From NCBI RefSeq assembly GCF_000237865.1, contig NC_017459.1:1320001-1352000 (forward strand): a stretch of DNA of 32,000 nucleotides, in the 5' to 3' direction. Under the pieces are notes generated by a model. It ran no database searches. It had not been told where the DNA came from and saw only the letters and a program-made list of their open reading frames with translations. The stretch comes from Haloquadratum walsbyi C23. Its GTDB lineage: Archaea > Halobacteriota > Halobacteria > Halobacteriales > Haloferacaceae. A program made the translations under genes and the position numbers. Of the stretch, positions 1-8,579 are shown piece after piece (the stretch's first letter is position 1; each line of letters opens with the position of its first letter).

Positions 1-123
1 ATTCCCTGAATCGTCTCTGTCCTCATGAAGCCGCGTAATCATACCACTCAAGTCAGATTCAGAGTGATTGAATGTATTCTCTGGAAGAAAGTCGAAAATA
101 AACTTTGATTTTGAACGTTCCAT
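1..123 (-). CDS. 5' part (41 codons) of an unknown protein; third gene of the NTPase-helicase operon, continues beyond the window
   Basis: The ATG at 123..121 starts 2 nt after the helicase TGA (128..126). The open frame MERSKSKFIFDFLPENTFNHSESDLSGMITRLHEDRDDSGN runs to position 1. It is absent from the ORF track because it is truncated. Confidence 0.45.
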   Translation of the reverse strand, partial: MERSKSKFIFDFLPENTFNHSESDLSGMITRLHEDRDDSGN

Positions 124-125
124 CG

Positions 126-3100
126 TCATCGCCCATCATCCCCTTTGAATAACGCATCGATGAATGGTTGATTATTAAATTGCGGGGTAATTGACCCTGA
201 ATTACCGATATCCCGAAGGCTTACCATCGGCTTTTCATCACGGGGAAACTCCGGATAGTTCATTGATGGAAGATTCTGTTCCCAGTACCGCCAAAGATTA
301 TTTAATTTTGTATCTAGCTGTGAGGTGAAATATCGCGTCTCGGTCGTTTGCTCATCAACCCCGAAGGCGCTACGAAGTAATATTTTCATGTTCTGCTTTG
401 TGAAATCAGAATAATTGTTGCTAGTCATGAGCTTATACAAATGGCTTGCTTTCTGTACATTGGCACGGACTTGCTTCGTGTCCTTGGTTACAGTTTCTGA
501 TCGCCACATCGTCGGGCGATAGTGCTGTATAAGCAGTGCATTAGCGACACCGACGAATGTCCGTTCGATACCGAATTTTGCCCAGCGGTCAATTGGGACA
601 GGTTCGACTGCTCGGTCAAGATATTCATGCATTTTCTCGAAAAACCGGTATCGGTGCATATCCCGCTCTTCGAGTGGATTAAATGCATTAAATACGAACC
701 CCGTGACCCCTGATTGGCGACCAACCCGGCTGCTAGACTGGATATATTGGAACGTCTGCGCCGGTAATCCGTAGAACATCATCATATTGAACCTATTAAC
801 ATCGATTCCATGACCAATGAAGCTAGTTGACGGGACAGTATCTACCCGATTCTCAAATGGAATATCACCCTGATTCTCAAGTGTTTCAAGAAGATCCGAA
901 TCTTCTGTATCCGCAGTCAACTGTCGTTCAACTATCGAATTTTCATATCCATTCTCCATCATCTTCGGGTTCGTATGCTTCGCAATATTTTCCCGATAAC
1001 GATCCTTCTCAACCTTATTAGTAAAGTAAATTACACTTAGCTCATACAAATCAAGGAGTTCACGCTTTTTCGATTTAGTTAATGAATCAAGTCCAACTCT
1101 ATCTGCGAGTTCCTCAGAAGACAATTCACGTGCATCTCGAATAAGTTCGTGATAATTCTGAATAGTGTCTAGAATCGAATACAGATGAGATCGGTTGTCA
1201 GGCATAAACCCAACATACTCTCGCTGAATCGTATCCGTAAGGTGACCATAGAACGTTTCCCGGCGTTTCGGCCCATCGACTGGGAATCTGACTGCTTCTT
1301 TTTGGAAGAGGTTCTGCATCTGCCGCTCGTACTTGGCAATTGTGGCAGTAGATGTGAGGATTTTCGGCTCCTTTCCATGAATCTCGTCGCAAAGCGTCAG
1401 ATAAAGTGTCTCATAATGTGATGAGAACGTCCCCAGTTCCTCACTTAGCAGATGAACCTCATCGATGAGATGTAGCGTGGGAACTGGGTCATACAGCTCA
1501 TTTGGGTCTACCTCACGCAGATTTTCTGAGTCGACATCACAGTGTGCGTGCTCAGAGCACTTACCAGAGTAGCCGTATCCATGAATCGGGCATTCTGTGG
1601 TAAGATTTCCCAGTATGTTCGCGAACCGCGGTTGCATACCAGAGACAACTATCTTATCCAGTGAACCTAGCAGTACGGACGGGACATATCGGTAAATATC
1701 ACGATCAACGACATAGAGCGGCAGTTGACCAATACAGCTATCGCCAGTACAGTGATGAAAGACACTATTCTTCTCTTTATCAAATTCCACCCTAACGTCG
1801 CTCTGGCAAAGCGGGCATGTTTCTACAACCTGGCACTCCTCCTCTAATCGCTGTTGACTTTCTGAGAAGGCCTCTCGGTACCGATCTCGACTTGTTCCAA
1901 TAGCGTTTGGTGTATCGTGACTGCCAACGTAGAATCCTAACGAGAACGGCTCGCCACGACTATCCAATCCGAGGTTATTGTTTGCCTGACGTATCTCCTC
2001 AGCGTAGAGAAGACTTTCAAGAAACCGATCTTGCTGTTGGCGACTCAAGAGTCGTAATGGGAATCGTATCCAGGCAGTGACGCCCTGTTCTTTCCCACGT
2101 AACCGATCGTAGAATAAATTAAACAGTATTAGCCCCAGATATGCCTCAGTTTTGCCACCCCCCGTTGGGAACCATAGCACACCAGCAGCATCGTCATGTG
2201 GTGACTCAAATTCTGGATATTCCCGTCGTACAATACTCGAGAGATTACTCACAATATAAACAACCTGGAACAGTCGCCAACCAGGGAAATCGTATTGACG
2301 GTCGTTGACCTCGTTCATTAGACGGAAAGCGCGAAGCGCCTGACTATCCTGTTTTAGTATGTCAATTCCCTGTTGAAACCGCTCAATTTCCGTTGTAAAA
2401 TCTTCAGCTGCTGCGTCGTATTGCTCGAGTTCTGCCTGAGAAAGTCCCAGTTCGCGGCGTATCTCCTCTCGTCGAGATCCCTGCCATGAATTAAGATACT
2501 CAATCATCCCTGACTCAATATCTTCGAGTGTTTCAATTGTCTTTCCACTCGCCAACTGGTCAAAATTGGTTTCATATGCCGTGTTGAAAACAAACTCGTA
2601 GACTGGACAACGTGGCACTGCTGTTGTCTCAATTCGTCGATTCCCATGGTCATCTATCTCACTCGTCGTTCCGCAGTTGTGTCCCTTACTCCACACCCGT
2701 TGGTCATAGCGATAATCTTCCGGTACCAAATCAAAAGTATATGGCTCAAATTGACCGACTGCGGTGATCTTTGGGTTAAAAATAAATCGTTCAAATATCC
2801 CATCATACTCATCCGAACTCTGACCATCGGGCGAATAGTTAGCGAGTGCAAGCGCAAACTCATCACCACTTCTGGTGACCTCAGCTTGAAGATCCCACTT
2901 AAGATCCGCTTCGGATAGTTTTGTTCGCTGCTCAACGCGTGCTGTGTATTCTGATTCAGAGAGTGGTGTTGTTGATGTCTTATTTGACGTTATCGGCTGC
3001 TCAGATAATGAATTATTCACCCCAGGAAAATCGTCCAATGAGTCTGAAACTGTCGTTTTAAGCTTAGACTGAAGCATCTCGGTAATGCGGCTTGCCTCCT

Positions 3101-3638
3101 GCTCATGCGCCGTTGGATCAAACTCTGTGTCGACGCTGATGCCAACACGACGAAAGAATCGTTTATCTAAATTATACAATGAATCAAAGTTGATATTTTC
3201 TTCTGAGACATCAGACGGGTCGATACTCCCATCCATTCGATTGGCTGCCTCCACCTGTGCTGCTTGCAATGATTTTTCGAATAGGTGTAGATATTCCTCG
3301 TACGTAGGAACTGCAGGGTAATAGACATCAAAAGAAAGTGATATATCAACCGTATCGCCGGTTGAAACTGGAGTGAATTCTAGTGAAATACTACTGGGTC
3401 TGGTCTTTGCTTCAAATTCCTCGTCCTCAAACAGATCATGTTCTGGTGCGAGGTTCGAGATATGATATTGATCGTGAGGGAAGTTTCCTGAGCAGTAGGA
3501 CTGATGCTGTCCTCGTGAGCGTTTGAGCGTTTCCGTTGTCAGGTGTGACCCAATCTTATGTGCTGGAGTTAGGTTTATGTCATTTTCGTCACTTGCTGAC
3601 TGCTGGACATCTACCTGTCGCGTCTCTGAATCACTCAT
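126..3638 (-). CDS. Large SF2 (DEAD/DEAH-like) helicase, ~1170 aa, with a ~490-aa N-terminal region of unknown function and a Cys/His-rich insertion in the motor core
   Basis: Motif I LWFPTGGGKTEAYLG lies at 2139..2171 and motif II LIDEVHLL (DEVH) at 1452..1463. C-terminal lobe motifs are STSFIGHGIDV and QYIQSSSRVGRQ. The track ORF starts at TTG 3662. I prefer ATG 3638, which overlaps the upstream stop as ATGAGTGA. Confidence 0.9.
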   Translation of the reverse strand: MSDSETRQVDVQQSASDENDINLTPAHKIGSHLTTETLKRSRGQHQSYCSGNFPHDQYHISNLAPEHDLFEDEEFEAKTRPSSISLEFTPVSTGDTVDISLSFDVYYPAVPTYEEYLHLFEKSLQAAQVEAANRMDGSIDPSDVSEENINFDSLYNLDKRFFRRVGISVDTEFDPTAHEQEASRITEMLQSKLKTTVSDSLDDFPGVNNSLSEQPITSNKTSTTPLSESEYTARVEQRTKLSEADLKWDLQAEVTRSGDEFALALANYSPDGQSSDEYDGIFERFIFNPKITAVGQFEPYTFDLVPEDYRYDQRVWSKGHNCGTTSEIDDHGNRRIETTAVPRCPVYEFVFNTAYETNFDQLASGKTIETLEDIESGMIEYLNSWQGSRREEIRRELGLSQAELEQYDAAAEDFTTEIERFQQGIDILKQDSQALRAFRLMNEVNDRQYDFPGWRLFQVVYIVSNLSSIVRREYPEFESPHDDAAGVLWFPTGGGKTEAYLGLILFNLFYDRLRGKEQGVTAWIRFPLRLLSRQQQDRFLESLLYAEEIRQANNNLGLDSRGEPFSLGFYVGSHDTPNAIGTSRDRYREAFSESQQRLEEECQVVETCPLCQSDVRVEFDKEKNSVFHHCTGDSCIGQLPLYVVDRDIYRYVPSVLLGSLDKIVVSGMQPRFANILGNLTTECPIHGYGYSGKCSEHAHCDVDSENLREVDPNELYDPVPTLHLIDEVHLLSEELGTFSSHYETLYLTLCDEIHGKEPKILTSTATIAKYERQMQNLFQKEAVRFPVDGPKRRETFYGHLTDTIQREYVGFMPDNRSHLYSILDTIQNYHELIRDARELSSEELADRVGLDSLTKSKKRELLDLYELSVIYFTNKVEKDRYRENIAKHTNPKMMENGYENSIVERQLTADTEDSDLLETLENQGDIPFENRVDTVPSTSFIGHGIDVNRFNMMMFYGLPAQTFQYIQSSSRVGRQSGVTGFVFNAFNPLEERDMHRYRFFEKMHEYLDRAVEPVPIDRWAKFGIERTFVGVANALLIQHYRPTMWRSETVTKDTKQVRANVQKASHLYKLMTSNNYSDFTKQNMKILLRSAFGVDEQTTETRYFTSQLDTKLNNLWRYWEQNLPSMNYPEFPRDEKPMVSLRDIGNSGSITPQFNNQPFIDALFKGDDGR

Positions 3639-5799
3639 TAGAAAGTTTCTCCATTGCTTCAATTGACACCTGAGTTATATCCTCCTCTACACCGTCAATG
3701 CTATCAAGATCATCAGATGTCGACTTATGCTCGCTGCCAACACACATTTGCGCCTCGACAGCTCGGCGGGCTCGCTGCCCAATCTTTTGATGTATCCGTC
3801 GGATTTGTTTCATTGATTGGACGATTGCGGGGGCACGTGGTTTCAATTCTGGCTGGAGTACTTCAAGCACACGAGATACATCTTTGTCATCGCTCGGACC
3901 GATTGTGCGACCATTCGTCCAGAGTCGAACAGTGACTTCTGATGTCACATCCGAGCCGGCTGCCCGAATCATTCTGAGTGCGTCGGAGTATGATGTATCG
4001 CCATCCGTGATATTTGACTGGAGAACGTCACGCCATTGTTGTACTGTCCTTCCACACTTCCGTATCTTATCTTGCTCTTTGGCTGAATCAAGATACATCT
4101 CATAAATATCATCGGTTGCTGTGCTGAGAAGAAGAATATCATCCCCAACATCGAGATCCTCAACCCTAACTCGCGCAATCTCCCCTGAATCGTTGTATAC
4201 TGGGAACTTTGAGTGCAATCCAACAGTCCGCACGTCCCCATTGGATAGTTCAACTCTCACCTTGCTACCAGTCACCTGGCTTTTTGAACTTCCTCGTGAC
4301 CTACCATTCTGTTTATTCCGCTGATACTTTCGACGAGTGTCAGTATTACCCTCTCTGGAACTCGATCCTTGAGACTTTGTCTCACCAATAACCTGTGTCT
4401 CAAAGGTAGCGTTGGTATTGTCGAGTCCAGATTTAATTTGACCCAACACAGTCGAGCCCCAAGTTACGAATTGATATGTCGTGATGTCTGAACAAAGAGG
4501 AAATTGGTACGGATGCGAGTTATACTCGAACGGTCGGGCATATACTGTTTCTCCGCTTGTTGCGGGCTCAATGTCATCTAGAGTTTGAATTGATGCATAG
4601 TTCTCAGGCATTGTCCCGTTCTCCATGTTGATGGCATGAAGTAACGCCTGGTGTTCGTGATCATCCTTGACCACTATTGTACGATTAATACCTTCTAATT
4701 CTGCTTTTTCAATAGCTTCGAACAGTGCCTGTTGGACTGGATGTTCTTTGTTCAATATTCCTTGCAGGTGATTGATTCCTTGAACGTAATTAATAAGAAG
4801 TTCAGCTGTCTGCCCATTTGCTCGTTGTGCAATACCCCGGAGTCCTTGCACCAGGTCTTTTACTGTAGATTGATAGAAATCTCCAGTAACAGCGTCTGCC
4901 CAGTGCTCAGGTTTAACAGGAAGCTTGGTGAGAAGATTATAAACCCATCCGACTTCCATCGGGGCAAGTCCCCGCTCTTGAAGTTTGTTTTTCATCTCTC
5001 TAAGTTTGTTAATGGCCTTTCCATTGTCCGGATATCCAAAAGAAATGCAACTAACTGACAAATCAGAGGTGGCAAGTAGCCGTTCATATCCGGCAGCCAT
5101 AGTCGTTGCTTTAGCTGTTGACCCTGGACTCGCGGTGGTGAGTAGCTCACTCGTGATTGCGAAGTTATTAGATTGGTCTTGAATAGGGTCGAACACGCCG
5201 CGGTTAGTGTCTGTGTAGAATATAATCGGTGGCGTATCCTCGTCAAGTAAGTCTATGATTGTTTCTAGTCGACGACTTGGCTCGCGCCATTCGGCTTTTC
5301 GCAAATCAATAAAAATCGCCCCGATGCGGTCGTTGGACCATGACTGATCAAATTCAAATCCATGTTTTGCCGTATAAAAGTCATCATCGTGGACTTGACT
5401 TAATTGTTGAATACACTGCCGGTCAAGTAAGCGTGGGTTTCGACCGATTCCATCTTCCCGCAGTTCATCGAAGCGCGTCACATACCCTTGACTCAGTGCA
5501 GGAAGAGCCATCAATGACTTCCCGGCACCAACGACTCCATCGGTTGGAAAACGGGTATCCTGTGAGCGAAGATACGCTAAACAAATTGCAAGGGGGACGT
5601 CATTGGTTGGAAGCGGATCGTATATATATGACGACTCTGTCTGCTCGATTGCCTCCATTACCGAATTAATGGCTGCCATTTCTGTATCCGCAAAATAGAG
5701 CTTACTGTCATCCTCGATGAATCCACTTCCAAACCATCGCTCAAAGATTGGACGGTTTCGAGCCTTACTGGCCGAGTCTCCCAACCCACCCGTAGACAT
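3631..5799 (-). CDS. 722-aa protein with an N-terminal P-loop NTPase domain, a basic low-complexity linker and an unknown C-terminal domain
   Basis: The Walker A motif GVVGAGKS (GxxxxGKS) lies at 5515..5538, with a Walker-B-like GAIFIDL about 70 aa later. The ATG is at 5799..5797. The composition is acidic. The gene end overlaps the helicase start by 8 nt. Confidence 0.85.
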   Translation of the reverse strand: MSTGGLGDSASKARNRPIFERWFGSGFIEDDSKLYFADTEMAAINSVMEAIEQTESSYIYDPLPTNDVPLAICLAYLRSQDTRFPTDGVVGAGKSLMALPALSQGYVTRFDELREDGIGRNPRLLDRQCIQQLSQVHDDDFYTAKHGFEFDQSWSNDRIGAIFIDLRKAEWREPSRRLETIIDLLDEDTPPIIFYTDTNRGVFDPIQDQSNNFAITSELLTTASPGSTAKATTMAAGYERLLATSDLSVSCISFGYPDNGKAINKLREMKNKLQERGLAPMEVGWVYNLLTKLPVKPEHWADAVTGDFYQSTVKDLVQGLRGIAQRANGQTAELLINYVQGINHLQGILNKEHPVQQALFEAIEKAELEGINRTIVVKDDHEHQALLHAINMENGTMPENYASIQTLDDIEPATSGETVYARPFEYNSHPYQFPLCSDITTYQFVTWGSTVLGQIKSGLDNTNATFETQVIGETKSQGSSSREGNTDTRRKYQRNKQNGRSRGSSKSQVTGSKVRVELSNGDVRTVGLHSKFPVYNDSGEIARVRVEDLDVGDDILLLSTATDDIYEMYLDSAKEQDKIRKCGRTVQQWRDVLQSNITDGDTSYSDALRMIRAAGSDVTSEVTVRLWTNGRTIGPSDDKDVSRVLEVLQPELKPRAPAIVQSMKQIRRIHQKIGQRARRAVEAQMCVGSEHKSTSDDLDSIDGVEEDITQVSIEAMEKLSNE

Positions 5800-5823
5800 A
5801 ATTATATTTACATTGTATTATCG

Positions 5824-5836
5824 GATAATTAAAACT
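5824..5836 (-). promoter_or_regulatory. Possible TATA-box-like element for a leaderless transcript of the NTPase-helicase operon
   Basis: On the minus strand GTTTTAATTAT sits about 28-36 nt upstream of the ATG at 5799, in a strongly AT-rich intergenic region. The call rests on position and composition only. Confidence 0.25.
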
Positions 5837-6526
5837 TTTCACGAGAGTCATTCTCATACACACTGTCCTCAAACTATCGAATATTGAATATATGTAAGTA
5901 ATTGACCTGCTAGAAGGTCTGAGAGCCATTCTGAGTGAAATATCTCACCAGGCGTGTATTGACGCGTCACGCTATCCGCTATATCATCAATGTTCATTCG
6001 CTCTCACTCACTCAATTCTATATACATGTATGAGCAAATAAATGTTCGCGTACTTATATGAGATGCTGGAGATGTTATTACCGTCGTCAGCCACGATGAT
6101 TGCGGCGCGCGAGTTCACGGATCACCGCGGTTGTTGCTGGTTCGCCTCTCATCTCCAATTGAGAGATTCTACATCTGACCCAGTGGATTGTAACATTATA
6201 TAACCAGATATACACGGCAACAACGATCCCAAACCGCAGGTGAAAGATATAATTACGCAGTGATTCTCTGAAAGCAGCATATTCGGCGTTGGGCGAGCGA
6301 TATTGATCCAAACCATGCGATTGCATCCAATCCTGCGAGTGATTTTCTACTAACCATACTTCGGTGGAACCCGCTTAATTCAATACAACGGTGGAACAGA
6401 TTCGATTATCCTTCCGGATCCGTCCCCTCATAAATCACTATCGGTATAGTAGTTTTACCCAAGATCTATGCTCAACTACTTCAACCGGGCAGAGAACCAG
6501 ATGAGTCGTTGTTTTTGAAGAACAGA

Positions 6527-7054
6527 CTACCCGAGACGTACCTCATAATGATGATCGTTGATTACACTGAGTCCGGTAAGACATGGCTGTGTCTCCCCAA
6601 TTGGAATATCTGAACATTCATAGATGCTATATCGGATCATATCATCATCACCATCGACCGTGTGTGCCCGAAGATACACAGGCACGAGTTGATCGACGGT
6701 GAGCGATAGTGACATTTCGGCTGCAAGCGTCGGATAGCCTATCCTATGCTTTGCTAATTTCCGTCCACGTCCACGTTTCGCCTCAATAACCAGCAGAATC
6801 CGCTTGCCCCCTCGACGAGTCATAATAAGCCCATCAATCTCGATTTGCCCACTATTATGATGGACAACTGTCGGGTGATCGGGATGCGGTTCAAATTGAA
6901 AATCAAATGTGGATGCGACTGTCGTCGGGGCAGTGCCAATCTGAGCGGTGTCGAGACACTCGAAGTCATGGAGGAGCTCACCAGCAAAAGCGAACTCACC
7001 GAGAGCGACGTCCAGGAGATTGCGGATAAAATCAACGAGAGTGGACGAACTCAC
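6527..7054 (-). CDS. PD-(D/E)xK (restriction-endonuclease-fold) nuclease-like protein; start uncertain
   Basis: The motif EIDGLIMTRRGGKRILLVIEAKRGRG fits D-x16-E-x-K, similar to NucS or Mrr-type cores. The track ORF (ATG 7198) would run antisense through the PIN gene 5' end. The only other in-frame start upstream of the motif is GTG at 7054. Confidence 0.5.
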   Translation of the reverse strand: MSSSTLVDFIRNLLDVALGEFAFAGELLHDFECLDTAQIGTAPTTVASTFDFQFEPHPDHPTVVHHNSGQIEIDGLIMTRRGGKRILLVIEAKRGRGRKLAKHRIGYPTLAAEMSLSLTVDQLVPVYLRAHTVDGDDDMIRYSIYECSDIPIGETQPCLTGLSVINDHHYEVRLG

Positions 7055-7075
7055 GTTGATGAGGAATCGGCGTAG
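6845..7075 (+). CDS. Possible short or degenerate antitoxin partner of the PIN protein; start uncertain (internal ATG at 6968)
   Basis: It ends 9 nt before the PIN ATG. The acidic C-terminal part MEELTSKSELTESDVQEIADKINESGRTHVDEESA looks protein-like. The N-terminal 40 aa are Cys/Arg-rich and overlap the minus-strand nuclease-like ORF. Confidence 0.3.
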   Translation: MPTIMMDNCRVIGMRFKLKIKCGCDCRRGSANLSGVETLEVMEELTSKSELTESDVQEIADKINESGRTHVDEESA

Positions 7076-7084
7076 ATTCGACGG

Positions 7085-7474
7085 ATGAAGTTGGTCATCG
7101 ACGCTAATGTCGTCATCTCTGCACTCATCGCTGATTCGAAAACGCGGGAGCTCATCGTCACGCTCGACCCCGAGCTTTTGACACCCGCGTTTGTCCACGA
7201 CGAAGTAGAGAACTACGAGGACCTAATCGTCGACAAATCCGGGATGAAACCGGTGCGAGTGGCACGGTTCATCGACCTTCTGTTCCAATACATCGACGTT
7301 GTCACCGCCAGCGAGTTCTATCCGGCTATCGAGAGCGCAGACGAAGCAATCGGTGATACCGATCCGGACGATACATTGTATCTGGCGTGTGCGATAGCCT
7401 GCGATGCGGCAATCTGGAGTGACGACTCCGACTTCTCCCTTCAAAAACGGAATCCAAATCAAGCGCTCTGTTGA
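7085..7474 (+). CDS. PIN-domain (VapC-like) ribonuclease toxin
   Basis: Motifs are MKLVIDANVVISAL (first Asp), HDEVENY, DPDDTLYLACA and IWSDDSDF (last acidic residue). The last ~12 aa may be frameshifted, because an alternative frame reads FKNGIQIKRSVEILQN and ends at 7490. Confidence 0.85.
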   Translation: MKLVIDANVVISALIADSKTRELIVTLDPELLTPAFVHDEVENYEDLIVDKSGMKPVRVARFIDLLFQYIDVVTASEFYPAIESADEAIGDTDPDDTLYLACAIACDAAIWSDDSDFSLQKRNPNQALC

Positions 7475-7624
7475 AATCCTCCAGAACTGATAGGATCGGT
7501 ATGCGAAATACAGAGCGTGGATGCAGCAAGTCGATAGGTGTCGATTCGACACTCTGTTTCCGACTGCTTTCGCTCTGAAACAGCACATGAGGTTTTACCG
7601 ATTTGGAGAGAAAACACTGCATTC

Positions 7625-8125
7625 ATGCCCTCCCGTCGGAGTATCATTGCGTCACTCGGAGCTTTGATTTTGAGCGGATTCGGTGCGTGGTTCTGGCTCA
7701 CCTCCGAATCCGCATCGGGATATGTCCAAGAAAAATCAATCGAAGCGAGATACCGAGAAGAGAATCAATTGCACAGTGAATCGATTATCACAGTCACTCT
7801 CAGCAACCCGCCTGGTTCTGCCCCTCCTCAATTAAGTTGGCTACACGATGACTGGCAAAACCAATTTGACTCCCCAACCAGTCCGGTCGTTTCTGAAGCC
7901 CTGGATAAGCAACTCCACCAAGCCTACGAAGATATCCGGTATATCGTTGGTGTTTGTACTCCAGCATGGGGGAACGAACAACAGGAGACAGGCTGTCACA
8001 ACGCGCCCACCAGTCGAGAGGAATTTAACCGGGTTCAAGTCCACAACCGCGTGAGTGCCTCATATACTGACACCGGACTCTCGATACATCGCGTCAACGG
8101 AACGTGGTCATTCGATAACCCGTGA
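7625..8125 (+). CDS. Secreted or membrane-anchored protein with a twin-arginine-type signal
   Basis: An internal ATG at 7625 gives MPSRRSIIASLGALILSGFGAWFWL (SRR plus a hydrophobic stretch). The 29 upstream codons of the track ORF lack protein-like character. Confidence 0.65.
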   Translation: MPSRRSIIASLGALILSGFGAWFWLTSESASGYVQEKSIEARYREENQLHSESIITVTLSNPPGSAPPQLSWLHDDWQNQFDSPTSPVVSEALDKQLHQAYEDIRYIVGVCTPAWGNEQQETGCHNAPTSREEFNRVQVHNRVSASYTDTGLSIHRVNGTWSFDNP

Positions 8126-8177
8126 CAAGGAGCGTTCTGTAACGACATCCGTTCAGTCGTATACTGGTCAGGATTTT

Positions 8178-8259
8178 GTGACCGATACGCGCATTTGATT
8201 CATCACCCGGTGGATCATTCCATTCAGTAGTTGATAGATAACACAGTGACCGATACAGA
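8178..8259 (+). repeat. R-family intergenic repeat, copy R1 (~80 nt)
   Basis: It aligns by eye with 9109..9190, 20921..21000 and 22134..22202. It begins and ends with the same 11-mer, GTGACCGATAC (8178..8188 and 8246..8256). Confidence 0.8.
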
Positions 8260-8359
8260 AGATGTATTCATCGAAGGGAGATCCCGATAGTAGCATTTCA
8301 GCCAATGAAACAGCAGTCAAGTCCTTTTTCGTATGATTAGCGAAACACGATACCGAGCC

Positions 8360-8563
8360 ATGAGCGAACGATCTTGTCCGGATTGTGATGTCCAGATGGA
8401 ACAGACGAACGTAACCGCTGAGGGCGTCGGTGACCTGTACATCGAAACTGAGAGAGACGGCGGTATCCTCGACCGCCTCGGCGTCGGGTATCAAGCTCCA
8501 CTTTCTGCATATCTTTGTCCGGAGTGTGGGCTCACTCGACTCTCTGCGGACCTTTCTGAGTAG
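8360..8563 (+). CDS. Small zinc-ribbon protein (CPDC...CPEC)
   Basis: MSERSCPDCDVQMEQ...LCPECGLTRLSADLSE carries two CxxC pairs and is acidic. I prefer the ATG at 8360 over the one at 8333. Confidence 0.6.
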   Translation: MSERSCPDCDVQMEQTNVTAEGVGDLYIETERDGGILDRLGVGYQAPLSAYLCPECGLTRLSADLSE

Positions 8564-8579
8564 TCAGGGGAGAAGACGT

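Noticed and set aside
6087-6326. 79-aa minus-strand ORF, plus a 47-codon minus-strand ORF starting at ATG 5997.
   Set aside because: They have no motif, no coupling and unremarkable composition, and they lie in an AT-rich intergenic region. They could be real small proteins, but I cannot support that.
8168-8494. 108-aa minus-strand ORF whose C-terminus (CIGHCVIYQLLNGMIHRVMNQ) is encoded by R1; similar peptides can be read from R2 and R3.
   Set aside because: The peptide similarity simply mirrors nucleotide conservation, and the plus frame is equally conserved. The ORF is antisense to the zinc-ribbon gene, and the frames in R2 and R3 are not embedded in comparable ORFs.
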